From: an uncultured bacterium
GTDB lineage: Bacteria; Patescibacteriota; Patescibacteriia; UBA9570; XYC2-FULL-38-9
DNA length: 64,000 nucleotides
Direction: 5' to 3'
Assembly: GCA_937996685.1 (NCBI GenBank)
Contig: CALKUP010000006.1
Span: 64,001-128,000 of the forward strand
The notes under the pieces were generated by a model. That model did no database searches, was not told the DNA's origin, and was given only the letters and a program-made list of their open reading frames with translations. A program made the translations under genes and the position numbers. Positions 17,794-27,286 of this stretch are shown here, in pieces. The first letter of the stretch is position 1; each line of letters begins with the position of its first letter.

Positions 17794-19674
17794 CTATTTT
17801 TTATCAATCACTTTCGCGGGGGTATTCAACACACCTTTTTCAAGAGTGAAGGTTTCTCCAGTAAATGCGTCGGTTGCAATAATTTTCAATGAATCAATTG
17901 CCGGCACGGCTTTATTTAATTGCAAGATATTTGGAGTAATCAACACTTCGAATTGACCGCCATATTTCTCACTTTGCGGTGATAGATCAGGAATCTTCCA
18001 ATAGACAGTTTGTGTCCGCTTATCAAAGCTCATCGCTGTTCCGGCGCTGTAACTGTATAAATCTGTCCATTCCGCTTGCTTGCTGAGTTTTGCGAACACA
18101 TGGACATTTGAAAGGTCGTTGTTGATATTTTGAATATTCAATAAGACACGGAAGGCTGTCGTTTTCCACGGCTCAAGCGGCAGTGGGCCATACCCCAATT
18201 GTTCCCCTTCTGGCGAGTAATAGATGACCTCCTGAGAAGCACTGACACGTGAATGGAACTTCACTTCGCCAGACTGCACAATCAACGGGATGCGTGTTTC
18301 AATTTCCGGTGCGTACACAGAACCTGATGTTGTCACAAACGCTTGCACGCGTTGATCCATGGTTGCAAATGTCGGAACAGACAGCGTCACAACCCCGGTC
18401 TTGCCTGGTTGAATACTTGGAATCCGCGGAATCGCAGCGCCACCCCCCGTTAAGTTCACAATACCAGAAGCAGTTATTTTTTCACCGTCATAAATACGAT
18501 ACAAAATTTTATCCGCATGTACGGAAACACCTTTGACCGCAGCAGACAAATCAATATCTGTAATTGGTGTGTCGCCAACATTTTGGACATTCAATTGCAC
18601 TTTCCAAGTATCGCCAAAATGAATCGCGCGTGGTGATGTCACTGACAGCACAGCTCGCGGGTTCACCACTGCAATGGTTCCAGCGACAATATCCTGCGTG
18701 AACTGCTCGTCTGTTGCTGCAAGTTTGCTATCAATCGCGGCTTTAATCGTTGATCGAATCTCCACCTCTTGATCACCAAACACATTATGCTCACGCGCCT
18801 CTTTCAAAGAAAAGTACCCACTGATATCAACCGCCCCTTCCTCTGCCGATTCGATGCGATTCAATCGAACGCTATTATTCTCTGTATTCACATTCAAATC
18901 TTGTCCATCTTTCACAGCTCGCGTTAACACAAAATGATCCGGCAACAATAATGTGATCTCAGCATTTTTTCGCGAGACTGTACTGTGATTCACATATCGA
19001 ACCGTGCCGGTAAATTCGCGACCATACACCGCAACACTCGGCAGATCAACACTCATTTCAATCGTCGAATCTTTGACCGAAAAATGATAATACAATACTT
19101 CTTCATGAGTATTTCCAAGGTAGCTATACACCATCACAACCCGAGCGGTATATGTTTCCCCGACATTTCCAAAAATCACACCACGCACTGGGATTGTTTG
19201 CACATCGCCTTTGCGGATAGTCCCAAGCAACGCATCAACCGTATTATGCTCGCCGCCCGTTGCTCCAAGAAAGCCAGGTGGTAAATCAATATGAATCTGC
19301 GCATCTTTGATTGTGCGATACGGATTCGCATACGTCACTTGAATATCCATCGGTTTTCCAGAAGTAACGTGTGACGTTGTCGCAATGCGCAAATCAACAT
19401 CCGCTGGCGTGTAATAGAGATAGAGCCACAATAAAATACCAACATTGGTAAACAACAACGTCATTGTCACAGCAGCATAAATCGTATCAACAATAACCTT
19501 ATGCCATTTGCCGTCGTACTTATCCGTCAAATAATGGATCATGAACGGCATGAACAAATGCATGAACGTCCACAGCACTGACAAAAACGCCGGCCACAAT
19601 GTTGGAAAATTCCGGTGGTGCCATTTTTCTGGGTTATGCGTATGCGCGAGTGTATCGAATGCGTGCTGTTTCAT
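17794..19674 (-). CDS. Membrane-anchored protein with DUF11/CARDB-like beta-sandwich repeats
   Basis: Two N-terminal TM helices, then repeated segments such as NVQNVGDTPITDIDLSAAV typical of DUF11/CARDB-type repeats. 3-nt gap to the downstream gene. Confidence 0.45.
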   Translation of the reverse strand: MKQHAFDTLAHTHNPEKWHHRNFPTLWPAFLSVLWTFMHLFMPFMIHYLTDKYDGKWHKVIVDTIYAAVTMTLLFTNVGILLWLYLYYTPADVDLRIATTSHVTSGKPMDIQVTYANPYRTIKDAQIHIDLPPGFLGATGGEHNTVDALLGTIRKGDVQTIPVRGVIFGNVGETYTARVVMVYSYLGNTHEEVLYYHFSVKDSTIEMSVDLPSVAVYGREFTGTVRYVNHSTVSRKNAEITLLLPDHFVLTRAVKDGQDLNVNTENNSVRLNRIESAEEGAVDISGYFSLKEAREHNVFGDQEVEIRSTIKAAIDSKLAATDEQFTQDIVAGTIAVVNPRAVLSVTSPRAIHFGDTWKVQLNVQNVGDTPITDIDLSAAVKGVSVHADKILYRIYDGEKITASGIVNLTGGGAAIPRIPSIQPGKTGVVTLSVPTFATMDQRVQAFVTTSGSVYAPEIETRIPLIVQSGEVKFHSRVSASQEVIYYSPEGEQLGYGPLPLEPWKTTAFRVLLNIQNINNDLSNVHVFAKLSKQAEWTDLYSYSAGTAMSFDKRTQTVYWKIPDLSPQSEKYGGQFEVLITPNILQLNKAVPAIDSLKIIATDAFTGETFTLEKGVLNTPAKVIDKK

Positions 19675-19676
19675 AT

Positions 19677-21737
19677 CTAGAAATTGAATATACCATAACT
19701 CATCGGAACAATCTCGTTTGTGCCATCCTCATCAATGTCAGAGATTGTAATAAAACCACCGCTCTTGTTTGATTTTGGAAAGGCGTAAAAACCATTGTTC
19801 ACCACTTTTTTCTTACTTTTTTCCATTCGGAACACACGCACAAAACTCCCAGCGCGCGCGGCTGGCATTGTGACAATTTCTTCAAAACCATCACCGTCCA
19901 AATCACCACTTGCGAGCGACACGCCAGAAGTCACGCCTGTGTCATACGCCGTGAACCCGCCTTTCATGCGTTTGCATTGAGCGTTATAAATCCGGACTTC
20001 TGGCTTCCCGGACGTTGCAGGAGCGACAATAATTTCTTTGCCAGACTTTTCTTTAATCACATCACCAATTGCCAAATTCACACCGCGCACTTGCCCAGCA
20101 GAAAAGACATCACAACCATTGCTGATTTTTTTACCCGTCAAGTCATACATTTTAATCGACGGACTCCCTGTTTTTGCGCCAACGACAATGCGATACGGTT
20201 TCAAACGACCTTTCTTTGCACCCTTTTTGTCTGGCGCTTCTAAACGATCAATATCCATTGACAGTCCGCCACGATAACTTGTTCCAAACGGCGCAAACCG
20301 CGCGAGTTTTTTTGACCCCTTATAGACAGTGACATATGTCTTATCTGCCACGATTGTTTTATTGCCATCAGCGAGATGATGAATCACTGTTCCCCCTTCA
20401 TATTTCCGGTTAAAGGCAAAGAAACTCGTTCGAACGCGCTTGCCTTTGTTGCTGTAAATATTGGTAAATGCGCCGTTGAAAAATGCAGCATCATCAATCT
20501 GTTGCAAACGCCTGCGTAATATAATCGCATCTTTTGGCTTCAATGTAATCTTTCCGGTTGTGGCGCCATTATTCACTTTTTTTTCTTTTGTTCCACGCAC
20601 TTTTTCATACCCACTTTCCAATGTGATCGTTTGATTTTTTGAGGTTGAATTGAGCAACACAATACCATTATCAAAATCACGTCGCCAGACACCATTTTGA
20701 ATCTTGTATGGATTATTTGGATTCTTGAGATTTCGTGCCTTGCCGTGCGCTTTGCCGAGATTCACTAAATATTCATCATACAGCCACACGCTGTTATGTT
20801 TATCAACACCGTTATCATATCCAGCGTATGTTCCAGAAACCAAACCAGACGCGATTGAAAAGCGCATTTTCTTGTAATCTGTTTCTGAACCTTGCGCAGA
20901 AAAAATAATTCCTACTGGATCCATATTATATTGTTCCAGTGTTGGAACATTTTCTGACACTCCGTCCCATTGTCCATTCGCATGCCACGGCGTTGGAAAA
21001 TCTTCAAACATCCGACCATTAATATCACTTTGCATATCAAGATTTGATGCGCCGTTGATAATAATCAATTTATCTTTGCCAATTTTTGATCGGGTGGATT
21101 TAAATAATTCTTTATATCCAGCCACCCACTGAGAATTCACATTACTATCCACAACGCCATCGCGATTCAAATCAAGACCACCAAGGTAATCGAGGTTATC
21201 TTCGACAACATCAAAAAAGACACCATCCCAACAATTTTTTGAACCGCACTTGTCGTTATTCAAATCAGCAACAAATGATGCAATCGCTTCTCGTGTATCG
21301 CTTCGTGTAATATTCAAATCCGATTCCCCGGTATATCGAGACACAATCGAACCGTTTGGTCTGCGGAGATACCAATCGTCTTGCAGCACATCAATCAACC
21401 GCTGTCGTGTCGCGGACGCGTTTAATGTCACCACACCCTGACTTGGGACATACGGCAAAATTTTGATCTTTGGATTGAGTTCGCGCAACGTCTTGATTCC
21501 TTCGAGGTTATATTCAGCCGCTTCCATTGTCACAATCACTAAATCAAATTTCGCAATATCTTTGGCTTGCGCTTGCGTGAAACAACAATCAACATAATAC
21601 AATGACAGCAATGGATACGTTGTTGCGGCTTGCGCTTGAATACTTCCCGCATACAACACACATCCCACGACAAATAACGACACAATACAGCGACGCAGCA
21701 GAACTACAGGTTGAGAAAATTGTGCTATCATACTCAT
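19677..21737 (-). CDS. Secreted protein: GH114/GHL-type TIM-barrel glycoside-hydrolase-like N-domain plus C-terminal FG-GAP repeats
   Basis: Signal peptide MSMIAQFSQPVVLLRRCIVSLFVVGCVLYAGSIQAQA. YYVDCCF...DGVFFDVVEDNL resembles endo-alpha-1,4-polygalactosaminidase-like folds. C-terminal GDLDGDGFEEIV and ISDIDEDGTNEIV repeats. Confidence 0.45.
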   Translation of the reverse strand: MSMIAQFSQPVVLLRRCIVSLFVVGCVLYAGSIQAQAATTYPLLSLYYVDCCFTQAQAKDIAKFDLVIVTMEAAEYNLEGIKTLRELNPKIKILPYVPSQGVVTLNASATRQRLIDVLQDDWYLRRPNGSIVSRYTGESDLNITRSDTREAIASFVADLNNDKCGSKNCWDGVFFDVVEDNLDYLGGLDLNRDGVVDSNVNSQWVAGYKELFKSTRSKIGKDKLIIINGASNLDMQSDINGRMFEDFPTPWHANGQWDGVSENVPTLEQYNMDPVGIIFSAQGSETDYKKMRFSIASGLVSGTYAGYDNGVDKHNSVWLYDEYLVNLGKAHGKARNLKNPNNPYKIQNGVWRRDFDNGIVLLNSTSKNQTITLESGYEKVRGTKEKKVNNGATTGKITLKPKDAIILRRRLQQIDDAAFFNGAFTNIYSNKGKRVRTSFFAFNRKYEGGTVIHHLADGNKTIVADKTYVTVYKGSKKLARFAPFGTSYRGGLSMDIDRLEAPDKKGAKKGRLKPYRIVVGAKTGSPSIKMYDLTGKKISNGCDVFSAGQVRGVNLAIGDVIKEKSGKEIIVAPATSGKPEVRIYNAQCKRMKGGFTAYDTGVTSGVSLASGDLDGDGFEEIVTMPAARAGSFVRVFRMEKSKKKVVNNGFYAFPKSNKSGGFITISDIDEDGTNEIVPMSYGIFNF

Positions 21738-21864
21738 GAACAGATTCGTCTCCTATAATATACCTATTTTTTACGATTCTTTCCATCCTTTGTAGCAAGT
21801 GTGCTCAAAGAATGAACAACATAATACATCATATTTTTTCTTTTTTGTCAATATTCTAGATCGT

Positions 21865-22938
21865 ATGAACATTGGACTTGATTATCGCACAACCACTCCA
21901 CCGAAAACCGGCGTCTTTTCTGTCACGCAAACGCTGGCAACCGAGCTCACTGCGCGCGGGCACGCTGTCTCGTATCCTCGTCCTTCAATCCCTTTTCGAT
22001 TACAAAATGCATTATGGCCTTCTGCACTGCGACGCCTTGCTCCAATTGACCGCGGAGTATCACTCGACATCTATCACCATCTCTGGCCATTTGGTGCGCT
22101 CCCACACACGAAGCATGCCAAACGTATTTTCACGATTCACGACATCATCCCACTACACGAAACATCACGAACAGCATTTTCACAACGACAGATTCGACAA
22201 TTTAGACACTGGGTCAAAGACGGCATTGAACGTGCGGATCAGGTTCATTTTATTTCGGAGTTCACAAAACACGATGTACTCAATCACTATGACATCGCAG
22301 ATAATCCAACGAAATTTTCAGTCGCGCATCTTGGCGTTTCTCATGACTATGTCACAAGCAGCAGCCTTCTCAAAGCGAAGTTGCCGCACGAACTCACCTC
22401 TATTGAATCAACGTTGATTCATAACAAGAAAACACTAATGGAAGGCTTTTTCTTTTTGCTCGCCTCACACTTGCCGCATAAAAATATTCAAGCGGTTATT
22501 GATGCGTACGACGAAACTTTTCCACCGCTGATTATTGCCGGCAGCGATACGAATACACTCACAACCACAAAACGCAACATTGTCTTTACTGGCTATATCG
22601 AACAGCCGACAATTCTCTGGTTATACGACAACGCTCTTGGGTTTATTTTTCCATCACTCCACGAAGGCTTTGGGTTACCGGTGATTGAAGCGATGATGCG
22701 TGGCTGTCCAGTAATCGCGAGCAGCTCAACAAGTATCCAGGAAATTGCCGGCAATGCAGCGCTTTTAATCGACGCGCGCGAACCAGAAGCGATCACACAC
22801 GCCATCAACGAATTATTGCTTTCATCTGAACTGCAAGACAAATTGCGAACTGCCGGAATCGTCCACGCGCAACAATTTACACCACACGCATTTGGCGATC
22901 GAATGCTCGCGCTTTATCAACGCGCGCTCGCTGTATAA
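21865..22938 (+). CDS. Glycosyltransferase family 4
   Basis: EGFGLPVIEAMMRGCPVIASSSTSIQEIAG motif. Likely start is ATG 21865 (MNIGLDY); the track ORF begins at 21799. Confidence 0.75.
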   Translation: MNIGLDYRTTTPPKTGVFSVTQTLATELTARGHAVSYPRPSIPFRLQNALWPSALRRLAPIDRGVSLDIYHHLWPFGALPHTKHAKRIFTIHDIIPLHETSRTAFSQRQIRQFRHWVKDGIERADQVHFISEFTKHDVLNHYDIADNPTKFSVAHLGVSHDYVTSSSLLKAKLPHELTSIESTLIHNKKTLMEGFFFLLASHLPHKNIQAVIDAYDETFPPLIIAGSDTNTLTTTKRNIVFTGYIEQPTILWLYDNALGFIFPSLHEGFGLPVIEAMMRGCPVIASSSTSIQEIAGNAALLIDAREPEAITHAINELLLSSELQDKLRTAGIVHAQQFTPHAFGDRMLALYQRALAV

Positions 22939-24083
22939 TATTGCAATAACTGCGCGATGTGTGACTCAACTGTACTGTTTGCGTACGGTGTGTAACTCTG
23001 TTTCAAGGTGTCTAATTCTGTTATTTTTTTAGCCAGGTCTGCGCTGTTGCCCATTTCAAACCACCAACCATCGACACCATCAGTTAATACATCAATCGAT
23101 CCAGTGTTCGCCGCAATGACCCATGTTCCAACGGTGTGCGCCTCGGGAATTACTAAACTATTCACCTCATACCACTTTGACGGAACAATCAAGGCTTTTG
23201 CGCGTTTCATGTAATCACGAACCACAGTCCGAGATTGATACCCAAGCCATTGAATATTTTCCGGCGCATCTTGCGCAGCTGCCGGACCTTCCCCAATCAC
23301 AATATATTTTTGTTCAGGCAACAAATGAGCTGATTCAATCAGTGTATCCAATCCTTTTTCCGCAGATAGTCTTCCGACATATAACACAAAATCATCCCGC
23401 TCGTGTTGTGGGACCGGATTCAATTCCAGTTCGCTTTCTGTAAAATTATGCAACACCACAGTCGGCAGATTCGCACGATATTCATGAATCTGTTTTTGCA
23501 TAAAATATGACGGCGCGATCACAAGATCAATATTTTTTTGATAGCGTTTGAACAACCACGTGTAATACGCTTCGGTTGCGAGCAACACACGCCGCGCAAG
23601 TGATTCATCAGATGCACCCGGGAACAACAAGCGATAGTATTGATGAATTTTTGTCGCCTCTGTAATACGACCCGCGGCAAACAAGCTGTAATTTGGTGCA
23701 ATTAATTTGTAGTCATGCGCTGTCATCACCACCTTCGCTCCAGACGCGCGCGCAATCGGCAAAATCGCTGTTGTCAGCTGATGATAGATATTGTGCAGAT
23801 GAATGACATCTGGCTGAAACCGATCAATCACTGCTTGGAATTTTTCTGCCGCTTCTTTGTTATAAATAAATCGCTTTGCCGCAGAGAGCGTCGGACGATC
23901 TTGGTGATAATTTGACTCTGACACAAAATAATCATTCCAGCGTGACGGTTCATTGTCTGGATGCTGCATCCCAAACCGCGCAACCTCATGACCACGTGTT
24001 TGCAGTTCACGCGTTAATTGCAAACAATAGATGTCAGCGCCACCTTTTGGATACCAGAATTTATTCACCTGCAAAATTTTCAT
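22917..24083 (-). CDS. Glycosyltransferase family 4
   Basis: MKILQVNKFWYPKGGAD N-terminus, GT-B C-terminal domain. Converges on and overlaps the previous GT4 by 22 nt. Confidence 0.75.
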   Translation of the reverse strand: MKILQVNKFWYPKGGADIYCLQLTRELQTRGHEVARFGMQHPDNEPSRWNDYFVSESNYHQDRPTLSAAKRFIYNKEAAEKFQAVIDRFQPDVIHLHNIYHQLTTAILPIARASGAKVVMTAHDYKLIAPNYSLFAAGRITEATKIHQYYRLLFPGASDESLARRVLLATEAYYTWLFKRYQKNIDLVIAPSYFMQKQIHEYRANLPTVVLHNFTESELELNPVPQHERDDFVLYVGRLSAEKGLDTLIESAHLLPEQKYIVIGEGPAAAQDAPENIQWLGYQSRTVVRDYMKRAKALIVPSKWYEVNSLVIPEAHTVGTWVIAANTGSIDVLTDGVDGWWFEMGNSADLAKKITELDTLKQSYTPYANSTVESHIAQLLQYYTASAR

Positions 24084-24119
24084 ATCTATAGTATACTGTA
24101 TTTAGAAAAAAAATTCGAC

Positions 24120-25346
24120 ATGAAAAAAAATACAAAAAAAATTCTTGTTGTCACAGAGCGATGGTATCCGGATACATTCGGCGGATCTGAGCGTCTCGCC
24201 TTCGAACAAGTGCAAGGACTTGCGGACGCTGGATTTTCTGTTGACGTGTTTGTTGCGACGAACATGCGCGCTCTGCCGCTGACTGAACACACAGACCAGC
24301 ACATCACGATTCACCGCGCGCCAGGAGCGCTCGCGATTCCTGGAAACCAACTGTATTCCATTAATGTCCAAAGTCGCAAACCACTCGCGGCATTACTGAC
24401 CGCAGAGCGCTACGACGCGATACTCTGTCATCACCCGCAAATTGGCGACGCTGTTTTAACATATCGCGTTGGAACAAAAAACTTCCACACTCCTCTACTC
24501 TATTTTTTTCACAGTAGTCAGCCACAAGAAATTCGCGTTGACGGACCAAATCGCTCATATCCTGGGAAAGCGATCTGGAATGAAATTGTCGCACAATATG
24601 TTGAAGCCAAAGAACACCGCATTCTCCGAGCCGCAGACCACATCATGGTCTTCAGTGCATTCAGCTCGAACATTTTGCACACACTCAACAACGCTGCTTG
24701 GGAACATTCTGAAATTATCTCACCTGGAATTAATACCGATCTCTACGACACTGTCTTTGAACGCAGACAAACCCACACCGGAAGCTTTACGCCAGACACC
24801 ACGGCAAAGACTCGTTTTTTTACGATCCGACGCCTGACAAAACGCATGGGACTCCATCTACTTATTCAAGCCCTTGGAACAGATCCACTCGCGCATACAT
24901 ATGAACTACGGATTGCTGGATCCGGAGCCATGGAATCAGAACTAAAAAAACTCGCCGCGCAATTCCCGAAGCTCACCGTTCATTTTCTTGGCAATATTTC
25001 AATGAAAGAATTAGAGTCAGAACTGATTCACGCAGATGCGTTTGTTTTACCGACAATTGCCTTAGAAGGATTTGGCATCGCGACACTTGAAGCATTGCTC
25101 TCTGGCGTTCCAGTGATTGCGACAAACGTTGGCGCCACTCCTGAATTATTACAACCAATTAACCCTGCAATGATCGCAGACGGCGCAAACATCGACGCGC
25201 TTCAGAAGGCTGTTCATCACTTTACTGACTTGTCACAAAAAGAACGGATCGCCTTAGGTAAGAAATGTCGATCAGTATCACTCAAAGCCTACAGCGCCGA
25301 TGCGATGAATAAAAAAATCATCAAGGCGATTAAACGGTTTTCGTAA
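24120..25346 (+). CDS. Glycosyltransferase family 4
   Basis: MKKNTKKILVVTERWYPDTFGGSERLAFE N-terminus, C-terminal LEGFGIATLEALLSGVPVIATNVG motif. Start ATG 24120 (track ORF from 24018). Confidence 0.75.
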   Translation: MKKNTKKILVVTERWYPDTFGGSERLAFEQVQGLADAGFSVDVFVATNMRALPLTEHTDQHITIHRAPGALAIPGNQLYSINVQSRKPLAALLTAERYDAILCHHPQIGDAVLTYRVGTKNFHTPLLYFFHSSQPQEIRVDGPNRSYPGKAIWNEIVAQYVEAKEHRILRAADHIMVFSAFSSNILHTLNNAAWEHSEIISPGINTDLYDTVFERRQTHTGSFTPDTTAKTRFFTIRRLTKRMGLHLLIQALGTDPLAHTYELRIAGSGAMESELKKLAAQFPKLTVHFLGNISMKELESELIHADAFVLPTIALEGFGIATLEALLSGVPVIATNVGATPELLQPINPAMIADGANIDALQKAVHHFTDLSQKERIALGKKCRSVSLKAYSADAMNKKIIKAIKRFS

Positions 25347-25638
25347 GCTTGTATTTTTTTACAAGCTGTAATTCTTCTCCTCGAAAAATGAAAGACCCAT
25401 ATATATAGGAAATTGCAACAAGCACTATCACCGCTAATTCCAGCCCATATCGACCATTCACAAGCGGAAAGACATCTTTCAAAAGAGGAAGTACAGCAAA
25501 AAATACAATAAGCAGTGTAACTAACGATTGATAACTACGCTGATATGCACGGAGATATAATTGTTGCTCACGCTCATCTGCGGGTTGAAACCGAAACCAG
25601 AAAAGGTGCTTTTTAACAGTGGGTAGCATAGTGTTCAT
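25330..25638 (-). CDS. Small two-TM membrane protein cotranscribed with an XRE regulator
   Basis: ATG 25638 (MNTMLPTVKK) lies 2 nt past the HTH gene stop. Hydrophobic helices LVTLLIVFFAVLPLL and LAVIVLVAISYIYGSFIF. Confidence 0.45.
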   Translation of the reverse strand: MNTMLPTVKKHLFWFRFQPADEREQQLYLRAYQRSYQSLVTLLIVFFAVLPLLKDVFPLVNGRYGLELAVIVLVAISYIYGSFIFRGEELQLVKKYKLTKTV

Positions 25639-25642
25639 ATAG

Positions 25643-25852
25643 TTATTTTTTAAACGTAAAAATATCCTCAATTGAAACATGAAATAATTTTGCGCATTTC
25701 CAAGCCAAAAAAAGTGACGGCTGGTATTTTCCCTGCTCTAAAGCAATGATTGTTTGCCGTGTGACGTCTAAATTTTCAGCGAGCTGCTCTTGCGTAAAAC
25801 CCTTCGTCACTCGAAAATCTTTCAGTTTTGATTGAATAGTTGTTGGTTCCAT
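25643..25852 (-). CDS. XRE-family helix-turn-helix transcriptional regulator (Cro/CI-type)
   Basis: 69 aa, [47 protein letters not shown]. Confidence 0.75.
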   Translation of the reverse strand: MEPTTIQSKLKDFRVTKGFTQEQLAENLDVTRQTIIALEQGKYQPSLFLAWKCAKLFHVSIEDIFTFKK

Positions 25853-25864
25853 GTAAAATATACC

Positions 25865-25897
25865 TTACATTTAAAATGTAAAACATTTTTTACATTT
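25865..25897. promoter_or_regulatory. Operator-like palindromes upstream of the XRE regulator gene
   Basis: TTACATTT-A-AAATGTAA perfect palindrome overlapping a second inverted repeat AAATGTAAAA-catt-TTTTACATTT. A TATATT -10-like element sits 4 nt before the ATG at 25852. Confidence 0.45.
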
Positions 25898-25931
25898 GGT
25901 CAATATAAAAATATGGACAGTTATCCACAAA

Positions 25932-25957
25932 CAAAAAACTCCGGTACAAGACCGGAG
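25932..25957 (-). terminator. Rho-independent terminator of rplL
   Basis: CTCCGGT-ACAAG-ACCGGAG hairpin with a T-tract on the minus strand (plus-strand CAAAAAA at 25932-25938). Confidence 0.65.
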
Positions 25958-25979
25958 TTTTTCTTACAATAACAATGAA

Positions 25980-26384
25980 CTATTTCAAAGTTACTGTTGC
26001 ACCTGCTTCTTCTAATTTCGCTTTCATTGCTTCAGCGTCTTCTTTCTTCGCGCCAGTTGCTACCATTGCTGGAGCTCCGTCAACGAGGTCTTTTGCTTCT
26101 TTCAAGCCAAGAGCTGCAACTTCTTTCACAGCTTTGATAACACCAATTTTGTTATCACCGATTGCTGTCAATTCAACGTCAAACGCTGATTTTTCTTCTG
26201 CTGCTTCTCCGCCTGCTGCTGGACCTGCTGCGGCCATCATCATTGGAGCTGCTGCTGAAACGCCGAACTTATCTTCGAGGATTGAAACCAATTCTGAAAG
26301 ATCAAGTACTGACATTTGTTCGATTTGTTCAACCAAAGCTTTGAACTTTTCTGGTACTTCTACCGGAGTTTTTTCTTCTGACAT
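25980..26384 (-). CDS. rplL: 50S ribosomal protein L7/L12
   Basis: [42 protein letters not shown] ... [22 protein letters not shown]. Confidence 0.9.
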   Translation of the reverse strand: MSEEKTPVEVPEKFKALVEQIEQMSVLDLSELVSILEDKFGVSAAAPMMMAAAGPAAGGEAAEEKSAFDVELTAIGDNKIGVIKAVKEVAALGLKEAKDLVDGAPAMVATGAKKEDAEAMKAKLEEAGATVTLK

Positions 26385-26408
26385 ATGTGTATATGAATAG
26401 ATTATGAA

Positions 26409-26936
26409 TTAAGCTGACTTTTGTTCTGAAATGCGTGTAAGCACTGTCATTAAGTTTCGTTGGTTTCCAGCGAACACATTGACCAAGCCAGAAATTGGAG
26501 CATTCATGCTTCCAACCATCTTGGCAAGTAATTCTTGTTTGCTTGGGAGTTTTGAGAGAGCAATCATTTCTTCACCAGAAAGGATTTTTCCTTCAAGAAC
26601 ACCAGCGTAAAAACTCACAACGTCATGGGTTTTTGCAAAATCGGCAACTGCCTTTGCAGGAGCAACTTCATCTTTGAAACCAAAGATAACAGCAACACCG
26701 GATTCCATGCCGTCAACAACTGAATCGTCAGATCCGTTGTCTTTCAACATGCGTTTGATGAGGCTTTTTTTCGCAACCATCATCTCACTGTTTTCTGCCT
26801 TGAGTTCTTTGCGCAACGCTTGCACATCACTCACAGTCAGACCCATGTAGCGTGCAAACACGACACTTTTTGAGTCAACAAACTTTTGTGAAAGTTCACT
26901 GAGTGTTTGTTCCTTTTGTTGTCGTGTTTTTGGCAT
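26409..26936 (-). CDS. rplJ: 50S ribosomal protein L10
   Basis: MPKTRQQKEQTLSELSQKFVDSKSVVFARYMGLTVSDVQALRKELK. Start ATG 26936 (track ORF from 26966). Confidence 0.85.
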   Translation of the reverse strand: MPKTRQQKEQTLSELSQKFVDSKSVVFARYMGLTVSDVQALRKELKAENSEMMVAKKSLIKRMLKDNGSDDSVVDGMESGVAVIFGFKDEVAPAKAVADFAKTHDVVSFYAGVLEGKILSGEEMIALSKLPSKQELLAKMVGSMNAPISGLVNVFAGNQRNLMTVLTRISEQKSA

Positions 26937-27148
26937 AATTATGGTTCGTGTTATTTGAGATAACACTGAATTAAAAAACTGCGTTTTTGACGCAGGTAAT
27001 AGACGAAGTAATAAAAACAGATGAAGCAGAATCTGTTTATGACCTTCAGTGAATTACACCTGCGTCGGTCTTATGAAACGTGGATATTACACCACTTTCG
27101 CCGACGGTCTTGGGTACAATTTCTCTATCCGAAAGGGATAGTTGTACG
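26937..27148 (-). promoter_or_regulatory. Candidate L10 (rplJ) leader, a long 5' UTR with two terminator-like hairpins
   Basis: About 210 nt between the predicted TSS and the rplJ ATG. Hairpins ACAGAT-8-ATCTGT plus T5 (27011-27036) and CTGCGT-5-ACGCAG plus T6 (26971-26995) on the minus strand. Confidence 0.4.
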
Positions 27149-27154
27149 AGAATG

Positions 27155-27183
27155 AGTATACGAAAAAGCTGGATTTTTGTCAA
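27155..27183 (-). promoter_or_regulatory. Sigma70-like promoter TTGACA-17-TATACT for the rplJL operon
   Basis: Minus-strand TTGACA (plus 27178-27183), 17-nt spacer, TATACT (plus 27155-27160). Confidence 0.5.
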
Positions 27184-27204
27184 TATTTTTTAAAATACGG
27201 TTTT

Positions 27205-27256
27205 AATAGAAAAACATGCCGGCCAACTTTCTTTGTTTCAAGAAAAGTTAGCCGGC
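27205..27256 (-). terminator. Terminator hairpin downstream of the high-GC GT4 gene (bidirectional potential)
   Basis: 13-bp imperfect stem GCCGGCCAACTTT/AAAGTTAGCCGGC followed on the minus strand by ATGTTTTTCTATT. An adjacent second hairpin CCTGGT-6-ACCAGG (27265-27282) has a T-tract on the plus strand. Confidence 0.45.
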
Positions 27257-27286
27257 GGAGACCGCCTGGTGCGTCAACCAGGTGGT

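Noticed and set aside
21872-22417. 181-aa alternative-frame ORF within the GT4 gene 21865..22938
   Set aside because: It overlaps the GT4 reading frame, which carries the conserved EX7E region. There is no independent support.
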